Part shown: positions 48,870 through 62,417 of the stretch, piece by piece | How positions within the stretch are numbered: the first letter of the stretch is position 1 | Layout: each line of letters starts with the position of its first letter | Source of the DNA: Lingula anatina | Lineage: Eukaryota; Animalia; Brachiopoda | Reading direction: 5' to 3' | Assembly: GCA_051362555.1 (NCBI GenBank) | Contig: CM120646.1 | Location: 1,612,001 to 1,676,000, forward strand | DNA length: 64,000 nucleotides | Position numbers and translations under genes: made by a program | The notes under the pieces: model-generated | What the model saw: only the letters and a program-made list of their open reading frames with translations | Database searches by the model: none | What the model was told of the DNA's origin: nothing

Positions 48870-49422
48870 ATGACAATGCTACCACACGACGACGCAATAG
48901 AGGTACTTCCTTACGACCCTCCCGAATCCGGCGCGTGTGAGATCGACGGGGAGTGTAGGCACGTGCTTGCGTGCTACCACGTGGAAGACATCGGTCCCAT
49001 TCACGTATTCCTCCAGGGGGACGAGGACAAAGAGGACGGGGAGAGACCCGAAAGTTACACAGCGATGCTGATGCTCCCTCCAGGCACGTACCCGGCTCCG
49101 TCATGTACCGAGGGCGTGTGTACCTGCGGAGTCCTTCGCCCGGAGCAGGTTCTCTCGGACGAAGAGATGCTCTCGTACGAACAACAAGAACAAGAGGAAA
49201 ACGACGTCATAAGACACCCCAAAAAGAAACGAAAGTACTCTTGGTTTCACGGCGAGGACGTTGTGGCACTTCCGGTCTCGAGCCGGGTGGAGGACAAAAG
49301 TGCCGAAAAGCACAGAAAGTTTATTGTGCGTGTGATTGTAATTGTGACAGTGGCCATCTTGTTGATTAGTTTCATTCTTGTTGTGGTGATGCTGAAGATG
49401 TCAAACCACATAGATACTCTTG
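48870..49422 (+). CDS. First coding exon of an uncharacterised single-pass membrane protein
   Basis: In-frame TAA 9 nt upstream of the ATG; GC-rich coding-like composition; acidic/Cys-containing N-region, KKKRK, then hydrophobic FIVRVIVIVTVAILLISFILVVVML; TTG|GTAAGT donor after 49422; possible acceptor at 48583 in the 5' UTR. Confidence 0.8.
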
Positions 49423-50929
49423 GTAAGTGTGCATTTTCAACTTTTTAGTCATCATTTTGCAAAAAATTGCCCGCACCGATATATCAAAATGCATGAAAAC
49501 GGGTTATATCTTTTAATCAGAATGTTATAGCTAAAGCAAACATACTGAATGTATTGGTGTCAATGCCTCTGTCATTACCTTATGTTGAACAGTGATTTGA
49601 TTGTTGACCATCCTATTGCATTGCACTTTGAGAGTGCTTTGTGGCATTGTGTGATTGAAATCTAGTCTCTAGAACCATTTCAAGTACCACACATATTGAC
49701 AAATGTTATATTTCAATCTATTCGATGTCTGATTCTAAGTTTGATGTGAGGAACCCAAAGAACGTTTTGCGGTTCTTAAAATCTCCTACAGCAAGACATT
49801 AAAGGTCATTACAGGATATGATTTTTTAAAGTTGCGAGGGACATAAATGGCATCCTTAATGTTAAAGCCGGGAGGGTTTTTTTATTTTCTCGCATAAAAT
49901 GCATCCTGAAAAATCTTTAGCCGATGGATATAACCTTTCTCTTACAAAACGCATTCGAAACGGGATTTATAACGTTGTATTTGGATAATGTCATGTGGAA
50001 TAAAGAAATTATAACTGTTAACTACGTGAAAAATAACACATTCTATACTTAAAAGAGGGATATGAATATTTCAGAGGCAAACCTTTATGCCTAAGTTGGT
50101 AACCAGTATGGTAGGTGGTATAACATGTTGTCATCAGTGACAAGGAGGTATTAATGTCATTTTAATACTTCGAACAGAAAACAGAAAGGCAGGCAGATCG
50201 TGATGAAAATTGAATGGCGTTCAAGAAGAATGGCAGTCACAATAAAACGCTTACAAATGAAATTATGAAATGAACACATACACCTATCCTTCTTCGATCG
50301 ACGTGTCCGCTCCCTTAAATCACTGATTAAAACAAAATGATCCTCTATCGAACCTCATCGTCCTTGCCAGAGATTTACAATTGAAGAGCCCCTTTTTTAT
50401 TGCTCACCCATTGATAAATCGATGGTGGCTTAGTGGCTTACATCATAATATGTTCTTTTAACAAAATATTCAATATCTAATTAATCATACCAACGAAATT
50501 ATTTTCTGTAAGAAACGCATTTTGTGAGGAAAGCAAGTGCGATTCGGGTTCCTTTGTAAAATTAGCCGTACGGTGACGTCACTTGGTCTATTGCCGGTCA
50601 AAAAGTAGTCCAGCTGTGAGCACGACCAAGTACCGTTCTGTACATTAGATCTTCCTCTTGTCTTACTGGTCAATCGGTTAGCTCGGGGTCAAGCGAAATG
50701 TAGACTATAGATTAAGTTAAAATCCCATACATACGAAAGGGGCATCGTCCTTTGGAGAAGTCTGAATAACATCGTGAATTATTGATAGACGTGAGCCGCA
50801 GGCGGTTCTGTTCTTGGCAGTGTATGGTGAAAGCAGACACTGTGAGACTGATTATATGACAGTTTTATTATATGGTCACCGTTCTGGCTGAAACAAATTC
50901 ATTTTCTTCCATGTATTTGTTTTCTAAGG

Positions 50930-50946
50930 ATGTGTGTGTGTGTGTT

Positions 50947-51010
<64 letters not shown>
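50930..51010. repeat. Compound (TG)n(AG)n microsatellite
   Basis: Direct reading. Confidence 0.95.
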
Positions 51011-51014
<4 letters not shown>

Positions 51015-54000
51015 TAAGCCTACTTTAACTGTTCAATTTTCCCGATCACCCATAACGGCCATTATCTACTAATAACGTTACGTCGTAAATGTTGTCTTAG
51101 ATATGATCGTCTGGTAGGTATCATATTGGCAAAAACACTTCATTTATCAAATGTAACTATCATATACATCTTCCCTTTGTCTTTTCCCGTAATCCGATTT
51201 TTCTAATAGGTCATAATGGAAAGCTCGACCGATCAATTTCTTTGAAACCATACCAATTAGACCGACTTGGAAAGAGAGTGCCAACTTCTTGTCATGTTTA
51301 GGCTTTTCAATCCTGACAAATGGATGCCTTAGTTTCATCTATTATTCCTGTAACAAGGAGTAAATGGGAAAAAGAGATCCATACTTACGAATAATATCTA
51401 GATCCATCATTTTCCACATCAAAAGAAGAAATGTACCGAGGTGTTGGGAAGATTTATGATCTGCCTATTATAGCATTGTGTGACATGGTGCTTGTGTTTG
51501 AAGTTTCAAAAATGTTCCTGACTTTGTTTCATTCCATTTATTCTTTGAACAAACTAAGCTGTGAATAGAGAAGTATCTTTTTACGTTTTATATTTAAAGA
51601 AAACGCTCAGAAAATACCGTGCTATGCTTGCACTGGGTGGATACCTGTGAATACATGCAGTTTGAGTATGGGCATGAAATGGTTTTTACGTGCATCTACG
51701 CACGTTTTCCACATATTTTTTCTTTCAAAGATAAATAAAAAAATGAACAAAAAGATAAATGAAATGGAATAAAAACACGGATTTCTTAAGAATAAGAAAG
51801 AAAGAAATAACATTTATATAGAGGATATATTATTTGTTTGTTCACACATGAACTTACCTCGAAAATATTAGATATACCTGTAGCTCAACCTTGTTGTTAA
51901 TCAAAACTGTCATTGGAAATTTGCTGTGCTCTTAAAACAACTTACATGTCTGGGATTGTGGAAATAACATCGTTTTATAAAAACTCGGACAATTTTTATT
52001 AATTTACTTTAATTTTAGGAGAGCTGGCAGACGACACGGAGTCACGTGCTCAACGTGAACCGTGACGTCATGTCTTGAGGGAAATAGTTGGATCCGAGAC
52101 GAAACTCAAAGTGAGTAAACAGAAAAAAAACTGAGTTTTTAAAACGATGTCATTATGAGGGCTTGCTTGGCCAAACGTCTGCTGTCGATATGAAATAATG
52201 TGATTATTGATAATTAGCTTATTCTTCATGCACGCAATAAAAGGAAAGTTGCTTGAAGAGCCATGACTTACTGTAATACGTAATTTCATTGTTCAAACAC
52301 AATTGTACTATATTGGATTTGCTGTTCGTCTGCATGCTTCGGGTTCATTGACCGGAGATTTGTATTAAATATTCCAAAGTGCTTGTTCTTAAAAATGAAT
52401 CTGGTGCAATTGGTCTGGCAGAGGTCGCAATGTGTTATGGCGTGTAGCCTTTGTTTTCAATTGATATCATTCTACATGTACGTATTTTACTTAACAAAAA
52501 AGTTTTTGTCTGTTTGAAGTTCTTTTACGTATACATGTATTTATTAATAGGGTGCACCAAGAGGCATCCGCAGATATCTCTCAAGAACATAAAAAGTAAA
52601 AAAAAAGTTAAAGCAAAAAAAAAAAAAAAAAAAAAAAAAGCATTACAATTTCGTTTAATTTGGTTTTACGACAATACAAAGAATTAATTTTCCAAAATGA
52701 TAACTGCTTTGTTTAAGATTTTTTAATCTGTAATTGATGAGTGATGTTTTATGCCTGGTCAGACAAAATTTGAGAGGAAAGTGCTGCTTTTAGAGCGGAA
52801 ACCCGATGTTTTAACTGTTAAGAGGTGCAAAAGGATGAAAGCTGGGCAGCTTTAAAATACAGGAAAACACTTTAAAGCAAAAAGCTGGCTCGTGCATCAG
52901 CACAAAAATAGTCTAATGTTTTAAACTCTGCGAGAGAAAAAAAATGCACTGAATTAAGACATAAATATAGAACGCGTGAAGTACCTTCATGGGATAGCAC
53001 AGACATGAACGTATATATATGTCTGAAAGGCGTCCTAGGATATAAAAAGACATTGACGTGTGTGGAGGTAGTTAGGAGGAGACGATGAGCGACATATTGT
53101 AAACTCCCTTCAATGGAAGGCAATTTTCGAACGTGTAAAAGAATTTGTTTGACAAAGAAACGGATTGTTCCTTTAGTCGACTGATTCAATCAAACTGTCA
53201 AGCTTAAACAAACATGTCTTCACGCCCTGAATGATTCTGTTTGTCAATCGCCATTAGCGGGATGCCAACATCCATTCGATGTAAACACATGCACCTGTTT
53301 TACAATAAAGATGTATCTCCAAAACTGGTCTAGACTTTTAGTCTAAAATTTTGATCTGCTTTTTTGTTCAAGGTAAATCTATTTGTTTCCATATACGCAA
53401 AACTCTTGTAATAAAACAGGCATAATATTTTATTTCGACTGCTACTAAATATTATTTTGTATTGAGGGTCGGGTCAGAGAAGATAACAATTTTGGGCCAA
53501 ACCTTTGGACCAATCGTCTTCATAAAGTTCTTTCGTGAAGTTGGTGCTGCGTCAATTTGTTAGCTGCTCACAACTACAACATAGCTTGCCTTTTTCGCAG
53601 AAAGCAGGAAATGGCAGATAATTTACATTCACTTTTGGTATATTTTTAGACAAAATTCGGATAAAATTAGAACAAATGTTTCGGGTTTTGGTTTCCGGAC
53701 CAACTTCTGACTAAACTTTTATTGGAACCATGTTTTGAAATGTTAGTTCCACTTCACATGCCGTTCATAACTATACATCTCAATGTACCGTATACCAGAC
53801 AGGCTGACGGTAGGCTTACATTACGTTACATTTGCCTTTTGTACACAGTTTTGAGCTTACGTATTTGCCCTTTGATTACAACCAGCGGGGATCGCCAAAG
53901 TCTATGTATTCAAAGATTAGAAAAGGTAACTAACACGTATTTCCGAACCGTTGGTGTTATGTTAGGTCTGCTCCTCGCCTCACGAGTGTATTGATTTAAT

Positions 54001-56170
54001 GTGAGACCTTACGGCTAGCGGAGTGTAAGAAAACCGAAGAAATTGCAAAAGTGATTTCTCATTTTTATCACGCAATGTGACTGCTGATGGCATATTTGAA
54101 AGTGCCAGGGGAATTGAATAAAAAACAATGAACTGCACAACTCTGTATCAAATTAACAAATGCCAAGCGGTAAGTAACATTTCGATCTAACGGACTAATT
54201 TAGTAAGCTGGGAAAAACAATGGTCGTAATTGAATTGCGACTTCGCGATGGTACGAAAGTTAACAAATTACCCCAGAAATGTTCTTTGAGTCTTAAGGAA
54301 GAGGAAAGAAGATGGTGTAACGGATGCCTCAACATGTTCTAACACTGCACAAACTGTTGGCATGTAACTTAACACTTCCCGCATAAACTGACTTACGCCT
54401 CTATTTACGCATTCGAGAAATTCGTTTATGTACAACCGATTCCAAACTGTTGAAGATACACCCGATTCCAGAGCGGCAAACATGGAGACTCACAGAAGTG
54501 GTGTTATATTTTAAGTGATGAACTCATGTGAAAAGACATGTTTCGTGAATTCATTTCAAAAGATTCACATGTATTACTAAAATATATGTGTTCCCAAGAT
54601 GTTTGCGTGCACTGAATGTGCAAGAAAATGACGGATTAGTCTAGTGTGCTCTTTCAGCCCGTCTGTAGGTCAGGGTCTGTAGAAACCTCCTTATTGTACC
54701 TTTCAAAATCCAACTTAAGTCTGAATTTAAAAATTAAAAAATGCACAACATATGAAGAAGGTTGACATTCGAATTATCAGATGGAATATTTAAAGTTCAA
54801 ATGGCCACCTATGTTCCAAACAATATTGATGTTACAAAACAAAAAAACTGTTGAATAATTTCTTCATTATTTGCCAATGTTTCCATTTTGGGTTTGCGTT
54901 GCCGAAATAGCGTTATTGACTTTCTGCGAACTTTAGCTCACGTGTCACGATAGCTCATATTTCACAAGATTGATTTACAAAACCGTGTTACAAAATAAAC
55001 ACCTTTGCATAATCTTATTATGTCTGTCAGTGTTTCTATTTTTGACTTGCTCTGCCAATAATAACGTTATTGACCTTCTGTGCAATTTAGCAAACGTGTG
55101 ACACGAAAACACATTCTTTATGATGATACGATATGTAATATGTCGTCCAAAATTATTATGCAATTCTTCCGTCGAGTGCTGTCTGTTACATAAACATGTA
55201 AACAGCTTTTTGATAAATATTCTCTATATATCTAGCCTGTCTTTGATCTGGTTCGGTGACAGCAATGTGTGATGTAAAAGTAGTCCAGAAACTGTGACCA
55301 TTCCATGTCATATAAGCCTGTACCAATAATTTAACCTTTCGGGTCCATGTCTGTTGAAATGTTGCATCTGTTTCTAAGTATCCTGGAATTTTCTTCACAA
55401 AGGAATGCAAATTGAAGAGTACAGAAAATTGAGTTGTGGCTTATCTGTCCGTGTGCGACTAAACGTGCTCTGTGATACGTTGTCTGTTCATTTCATGTAT
55501 ACCAGATTTTTAAGAACAAGATGTTGTAAATTGAAAGCAAAAAAGTATTTCAACCTAATGAGCTGGAACAGGTGGGAGGTTTGTACCTTGTAATTCTGGT
55601 ATACCCAAGTAATATTTATGACAAGGCTGGTTTCACTTTTAGGGACCTATACATCCTGTATTGCCTCCCAATATACCAATAAAGCGGCGAGCAGAAGGTC
55701 ATCTTTTCGGTCACTAATACTTATACCTTAAGGGTGTTTTAATCACGGCACTGCGTCCGCCATTGTAATAATGGAACCCATTTGACGTCAGTCGCCTAGA
55801 GGGTCGCGCCTCTACCATTAACCTTGCCTATTAGCTCCACTTTATCCTTTAATCCATGTCTAAACCACTGCGATGTACACCTCTCAAATCGGGCACAAAT
55901 TGGGCAACTTTCAGGTGAGATAATGGGCCAAAGGATGAATTGAACTGACGGCTTCACATTACCCTGCTATTTCGCCTGTAGTTAACATTCGATCTTCGGT
56001 GTTATTTAAGGTGCGTCGTTGATCATTCTTGCAATAAACTGGGCTTGTAAGGTCGACCATCTTTTCAAAAGCCCGATACCTTGTTTACTGTTTTGCCAAC
56101 ATTCTGGCACATGTTGTCTGGTTGTGATTAAGTAATTGTATTAACTAGCCAATATGCACAAGAGAGACGT

Positions 56171-56173
<3 letters not shown>

Positions 56174-56204
<31 letters not shown>
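56174..56204. repeat. (GA)n microsatellite
   Basis: Direct reading. Confidence 0.95.
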
Positions 56205-56209
<5 letters not shown>

Positions 56210-59200
56210 TTTTGTGTAAAGGATTTCTACATCTTGCTGGACCATTGTTGTGAATGATCGGAAAATGTTTTTTTTTCATCCTGAGTATCAGCACAGTTGT
56301 TTTATAACTTTATAACTATAGCGTGGTGCTACGCGAACAACTTTCATCTCCTTTTTGGTGATATGTAAAGCTTGGACATTTGGTAAAATGCCACTCATCA
56401 AACTCAATTGCCACCCTGTACATAAAATACCTTTACAAAATGGCAATAATTAAACGTAACATTTCAGGAAAGTGTTAATTTATATGGTAAATGACCAGTT
56501 TCTCTATTTCAAGAGCAGAGGCTACATCACTGAGCAACTTCTGATGGATCAAGCACGCATTACTTGTGATGGGAAATAAAGTTAAAACAACTGCGTGTTC
56601 ATCTTGTTCGTTTGAAAAGGTCATGTTGTTCCAACTTGATTTAAGCCTAATTTGATTGTGATTGAGTTAGTTTTATGTTACGGGTCTGCTCCCCGTAGTT
56701 TTTTCAGTGGGGGGTTAGTCAGTCTAAATATACACCATGAATGCAAATATGTATTGATTTATACTGTGAACAGAATGTTTTCACCTTCCGCCATCCATAA
56801 TTCCAGATATTTTCCTTTCTAAGACAATGTCGTTGCCGGACGTTATACAAATCCCATAAGGATGTAACTAATTTTCATAATTCGTGGCATTTCCCGAGTT
56901 TTAGTAATGAATATAGTGAAGTACAGCACTTTTTTCAAATTAGTGGGTCATTTCCTTCCTAACATAATGAATTATTTTCAGGTTTCTATTTTGCGCCTAT
57001 ACAGCCCGTGCAAGCAACAGCAATGCATTTCCCATTTTATCTGGTGCACGCAAATGTTTTTGAAAGCCAGTAATATTACTTCTAAAGTGCATTATGGTTA
57101 AGGAGTTGGTCTCTAATGTAAATTGTTTGGTCAGCCCTTGTACAGTTTCATTTCATTTGTGAAACGGGCACTTATTTTAGCTGATGTGTATCGACGTGAT
57201 GGAGTTTTTAACGTTCAGTTGAACTGTTTAGCGAAGTTTGAAAAAACATTCCTGGAATGTATCTCACGCTTTAGTGCACTTGAATGTTAGAAGTTTTCAC
57301 TTTTGACATTGGTAACAAACTCACGGGAAAGGCATGGCAGCGAGCCTATTAGCAAGGGAAATGTACTTTTGTGCTTTGTTCAATGTTGGAGATATATGGT
57401 ACCAGGTTCGTATAGATTGGAACGCTTTGTTTAGCCTTATATCGGAATTGTATGATCAATACGATGTAGTGCTCTTTTACAGGATGTATTTTAGTAATGA
57501 TTGTCGTGCATACTTCCTGTTTTGTTCATTGCCATAGTTACCGTGCAAACAATATGAGACTATAAAGAGGAAATATATATCCCACGAGTATTGCATGTCA
57601 ATGGACAATGATGCTGAATCTATCTTATCTTCAAAGAAATATTCCCAGATTACAAAAAAAAAAAAAAAAAAGAAGAAATACTTAAATGCCAAAGGTCTGC
57701 AAGTTAAAGAGCGTAATATCACCAAATTTGTTTATCTTATTAACCAATATTTTGGCAAGAGAAATCACTAATTTATATTGTCGATGATATGAAACGTTTG
57801 TGCTATTCATGTTTAACCGGCTGAAATAAAGGATGAAATATGGGAATAAAAGCCGTGTCACATTTCAAATTGTATGCAAACCAATACACGGCAGAACCAG
57901 AGCATACCTGACTTCAGCATGCACAGTAAGTTATTATCAGTGTCATGGCGGGAAAATATGCTTGGAGGGTGGGGCAGCTGTCCAGTGCCTACAATACATG
58001 CAAAGATGTTATTTGTACTGAGTGGTACTCATCTAGACGCTGAGTGAAGTAAAAGTAGGAGACTTCTGATGGACCGAGAGATAGGAAAAGGCCAACACTT
58101 TATATTTGTATTTTCCTTTTTTTTTTTTTCAAATAACTCGGGGGGGGGGGGGGACTGCCCAAACCCCCACCCTGTAGTTTACGCCCCTGGTAATATTCAC
58201 AAGCACCAGTTCATCTGCCTGAAGTAACATTAACTAAATTGAGAGTTATTTCAAAGGTAACGACAAGAAGGAATTGATTTTACACTGAATATCCTTGGAT
58301 TAAAATGTCACTTAAATGCCAAGGCCCATAGCGTAGCCTTTTGGCCCCTGCGATTGCGTGTTCCTTTGACGTCAATGGCGGCTTTATTTCTTCACACAGC
58401 TTCCCGTTCTAGTTAGCAGCCATATAATCCTCTCCCATCTGAGGGGAATTATCAGCGTTGTATACATGTGCTCACACATTGCTCAAATGATCGTGTATTA
58501 CATTTCTTGTTGTCTTAAAGCTTCCCGTCTTCCTTGTAGATGAAGCATGATTGTATCCCAAAATTATGACATCTCGTTCTCAAATGATATAAACATTTCC
58601 CTTCCCTGTCATAATATTGGATTTCTATTGGATTTGTAACTTTTCACTCGAAGTGAAATGAAAAGTAAACCTGGTTTTACAGTTTTGAGGAAGTCAGTTA
58701 TGAATTAAGCGCCAAAATTCCCTTGTACGCTCTTTTGAACTTATATTCTCCAAATCTCCAATTCTCTAATTTTTTTTTTATTCGGAAAACTATAAACTCT
58801 TGCCAGCTCACATATCATCATTTGACATGTAAATGTGTTGTTTTGTAAAGAAACAAAATGCTTTTCGTTGATGTTGTTTTGATTCGTTCATTAGGTCTTT
58901 GGCTTAAGGTAAATACGTTTTTATATTAATGCGATTAAAAAATGCCAACTGATGTCAACTTTGTCAGAAATGCTAAGCCGATTACTAAAGAATTTGTCAG
59001 GATTACCAGTGATTAAAGAGTTCATTTTAGTTGTGCTTATATTGCAATCTTTCATGAAAAGGCAAATACGTCAATCACTCAAAGCACTAACATACCAAAT
59101 AAAATATTTTTTCCGAAAGTATCGATTTATAACTTTGAATAATCTTTTAAGATTAAAATGTTGCACAGGATCAATTAGCCATATCATTTCTTTAAATGTT

Positions 59201-61638
59201 TCGTTTGTGAGAGGGCAATATATCTTTTCCATGCTTCGGTCTTGCAGGTCCCGCATTTCTGTTTCAAGAACGCAGAAAAACGCTTCTCCAAGCTTTTAGG
59301 TGATTTATTCTTAACAGGGATTAGTACTTTTGTACAATGTAGTTAACTGCTCCATTTAGGTCCGCTTTCATTTTAAATGAGATATTTTAAGTTAAACGCA
59401 GTAATTGCTGGGGATAGGCAATTAGCGTTATTTATGAATGTTTGGGAGGGAAAGATATACAGTTTGAAACGTGGAATACACTCCAATGTACTTACTAGCA
59501 GATAAAGAGAAACATGTGTCTGCTGACACTCCTAGTGGTATGTATTTCACTAAATATTTTTAAGTCAAGTGTTGATGCTAATGAACCAAACTAATATCTT
59601 TCGCCTTAGAAACTTAGGTAAATGCTGTTTTTCCATTCACGCACTCCGGTAGATTCATTCAGTTCCTACACGGTAAATTTCAGACGGATGTTCTTTGCTC
59701 TTTTCTTGGCGCAGTCTGTTTTGGTTTTTTGCGGATATACCACGTGCGTCATAAAATTCCCTTGTGGCAATGAACGTCCTGTCGAACGACGGTTAGTGTT
59801 TTTAATGCGGCCACCGACGTCGTGTTTCATGCTTTCTTAAAGAAGATAACTAACAACATTGGTTTTACAGTATCTGTAAACAGCTGTTTACACCTGTACA
59901 TGTATGGTCCATTGCAGACCAAACGAACGCAGTTACATGCATTAAGATGTACAGCTGTAAATCAATAGAACCTACCATCTCGTGAATTATGGGTCGTACC
60001 GGTTATAGTATGTCAAATTAGAAGCTAGTATGAAGTAGTGGGATGAAAACAACGCTGAATATGTCACGGCATAGCTACCAGGCGAAATAGTGATATTATA
60101 TCAAATGTGTGAAAGGTTTCAACTTTCATTCAATAACAGTAATAAATAACTATGTATGGTAATAAGATGGAACGCATCAGCATTCATGTATTAATTGTAT
60201 TAAGGACAACATTAAAAAACTCCTGGTACCCATTGAGAATAATTCAGAGAACGGTATAATTAAATGAACTAATTAAAAAACTGTATTATTGCACCCCAAT
60301 GCCACATATGTCAAGTGTAATCTTAGTGTTGCTTCTCTTACTAGAACCAACCATATATCGCCATAGTCACTTCTGACGATAAGGTTGAAGACTGCTGTGC
60401 CTTTTAATGTAGTTTTAACCGAGAAAGCATATAAAAGTGTGATAGCGTTGACGTCACTCCGGGGGCCTTGGCGCAATAAACACTTCTCTTTGGGTGAAGT
60501 GCCTCCAGGGAAAAGGTGAGCTGGAAGTAATATTCCACACTTTGATGTGATACGTCCTCGAAACATTCACTTCAGTTATTGGATACATCTTTTATCATAA
60601 TTTAGAATTTCCGAATTAAGGGTCCATGGTAATGACGGCTTACAGGAAAAGCCCTTCCTACACGTTGCTGAATTTTTTTCAAAATCTTTGTTAGAGTTTT
60701 CCCAAGTGTAAATACACGAAAACGTTTTAAAGGTTGGCTGGAAAGGTCACTGAATAGATCTGCACAAAAGTCATTAAGTGTTCCCTTGAAAATCATAAGA
60801 CAATAAGCAGCGTTCTTAGGCAGGAATTAGAGGCTGAATGGTCAGATTTGGATGGCTGTGGAACCGGATAAATTACCGTTTACAAAAAGATGCTTAAACT
60901 GTTTCTCTAGCTCTACCTTCTTGTTGTAAGCACTTAATTTGTGCCTTACAATGTTTTTAGAAATACAATTTTATGTATTTCTTTAATGTATGTCAATGAC
61001 TACTGTTTTCTTTATCTTTGCCTCTACTTAAGCTATCAGAGAAGCAATACAAGGCTATGAAAGAAATACACAACAAACTGATTCCTGTTTTGAAGAAATA
61101 ATGAATTTTGCATGAAAAAAACATACCACGATGCGAATCTACACGAAAAAGGTTCATTAGGCGCAGTCTGCCTACTCATCCAGTTAGTTTCTAACACCAA
61201 GCGCTGCTGTGAAATTAGGTATTTGGGATTTTATCATTTGGCTTGTTGGTGCTTGCCATTTTCACATTTGTTTGATATTAATCTTACTGTGAATGGCGCT
61301 ACTCTTGAGATAAGAACGTAATGCTAAGTGTTTCCTCAGCACGAGGTAGAACACACACTTATTCCTACGTCTTAGTTCACGTGCACCGAGTTAAGCTCAT
61401 AAACGTCTATCTGCGAGCCAAAAACATTGATTTGTGAAATGCCTTGCAAGAGTGACTTCGTAGCTATTTATACAACTTATCTGTGAACATATCTTTGAAT
61501 TATTTAGAGCAAATTTGCCAGATCCGTGAACGCTTGCATGGGGTTGTTTTTGATGTACTGGCAAGCGTCAGCAGCTGACGACTGACGTTTATGCAGATAT
61601 ACGTTTTCCTGGATGGATTGACCTAGACACTGGCAGAT

Positions 61639-61641
<3 letters not shown>

Positions 61642-61676
<35 letters not shown>

Positions 61677-61692
61677 CGTGCGTGTGCGTGTG
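61642..61692. repeat. (TG)n microsatellite
   Basis: Direct reading. Confidence 0.93.
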
Positions 61693-62240
61693 AGGGGGGG
61701 GGGCGAGGATGAGAGAACGGTCTGGTTTCCCTTACTTTACTGGTCTTAAATGAGGGTGGAGGGGGGTTCAGAATCTTAGCGACGAGCTTTGTGAAAAGCT
61801 ATGCTCTCTGGAACCCTTACTGCTGCAAAATGTGGGATTGGATGACAGTGACGAATACACAAAGTGCAGTTGTATAATTCACCAGGCCCTACAAGACTAG
61901 ACCTCACTGTCTAAATTTATTGTCACTGTCAAAATTATATAAATGATATAAACATTTTGTGAGTAAATTCACCAATTATATATCATGCAACAGGAAATCT
62001 GCGTCAATAAAGTAACAGAAAAATGTAAAAATAACTAACACTAAGGCTGTCTGCACTCTCTTCCTTCTAGAAACACATTTCGCATCAGCTAATGTGTTTT
62101 CTGATATTCATTATGATGGCTAAATCTCTAGCTATTGAACAATGTAAGTGTACTGCATATACCTTAAATTATTCTTCATGTCCATTCACCAATGTCGCGA
62201 TTCAGTCAGTGCTAGCTTATAGCCTGCCTTAAAAGACCGA

Positions 62241-62417
62241 GATTGCCAGTGTAACAAGAATGGAAGTCCGCTAGGAACCGTACTCCATTCCCCAATACTT
62301 TGTACAGGTGACATTCGTCCTATATACTAACCCCAATACTCCCACTAACCCTAACCTGTACTGATCATATGGGACACCAGACTTCCATTCCTAGAACTAC
62401 CATTGCTGTCGGCAATC
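62241..62417. mobile_element. Non-autonomous DNA element with a CTAACCCTAACC core, short TIRs and subterminal inverted repeats
   Basis: Ends GATTGCC/GGCAATC; inverted repeat GAATGGAAGTC (62258-62268) / GACTTCCATTC (62380-62390); inverted homologous copy at 40735-40932. Confidence 0.7.

Noticed and set aside
50675-50770. Possible tRNA-derived SINE head
   Set aside because: A and B boxes too degenerate to support a call
51389-51410. MMDLDII followed by GTAAGT on minus, a possible further phase-1 first exon
   Set aside because: Only 22 nt and could occur by chance; no independent support
58141-58190. G-run followed by TACGCCCCTG, resembling a hAT-MITE end
   Set aside because: Only one terminus is recognisable
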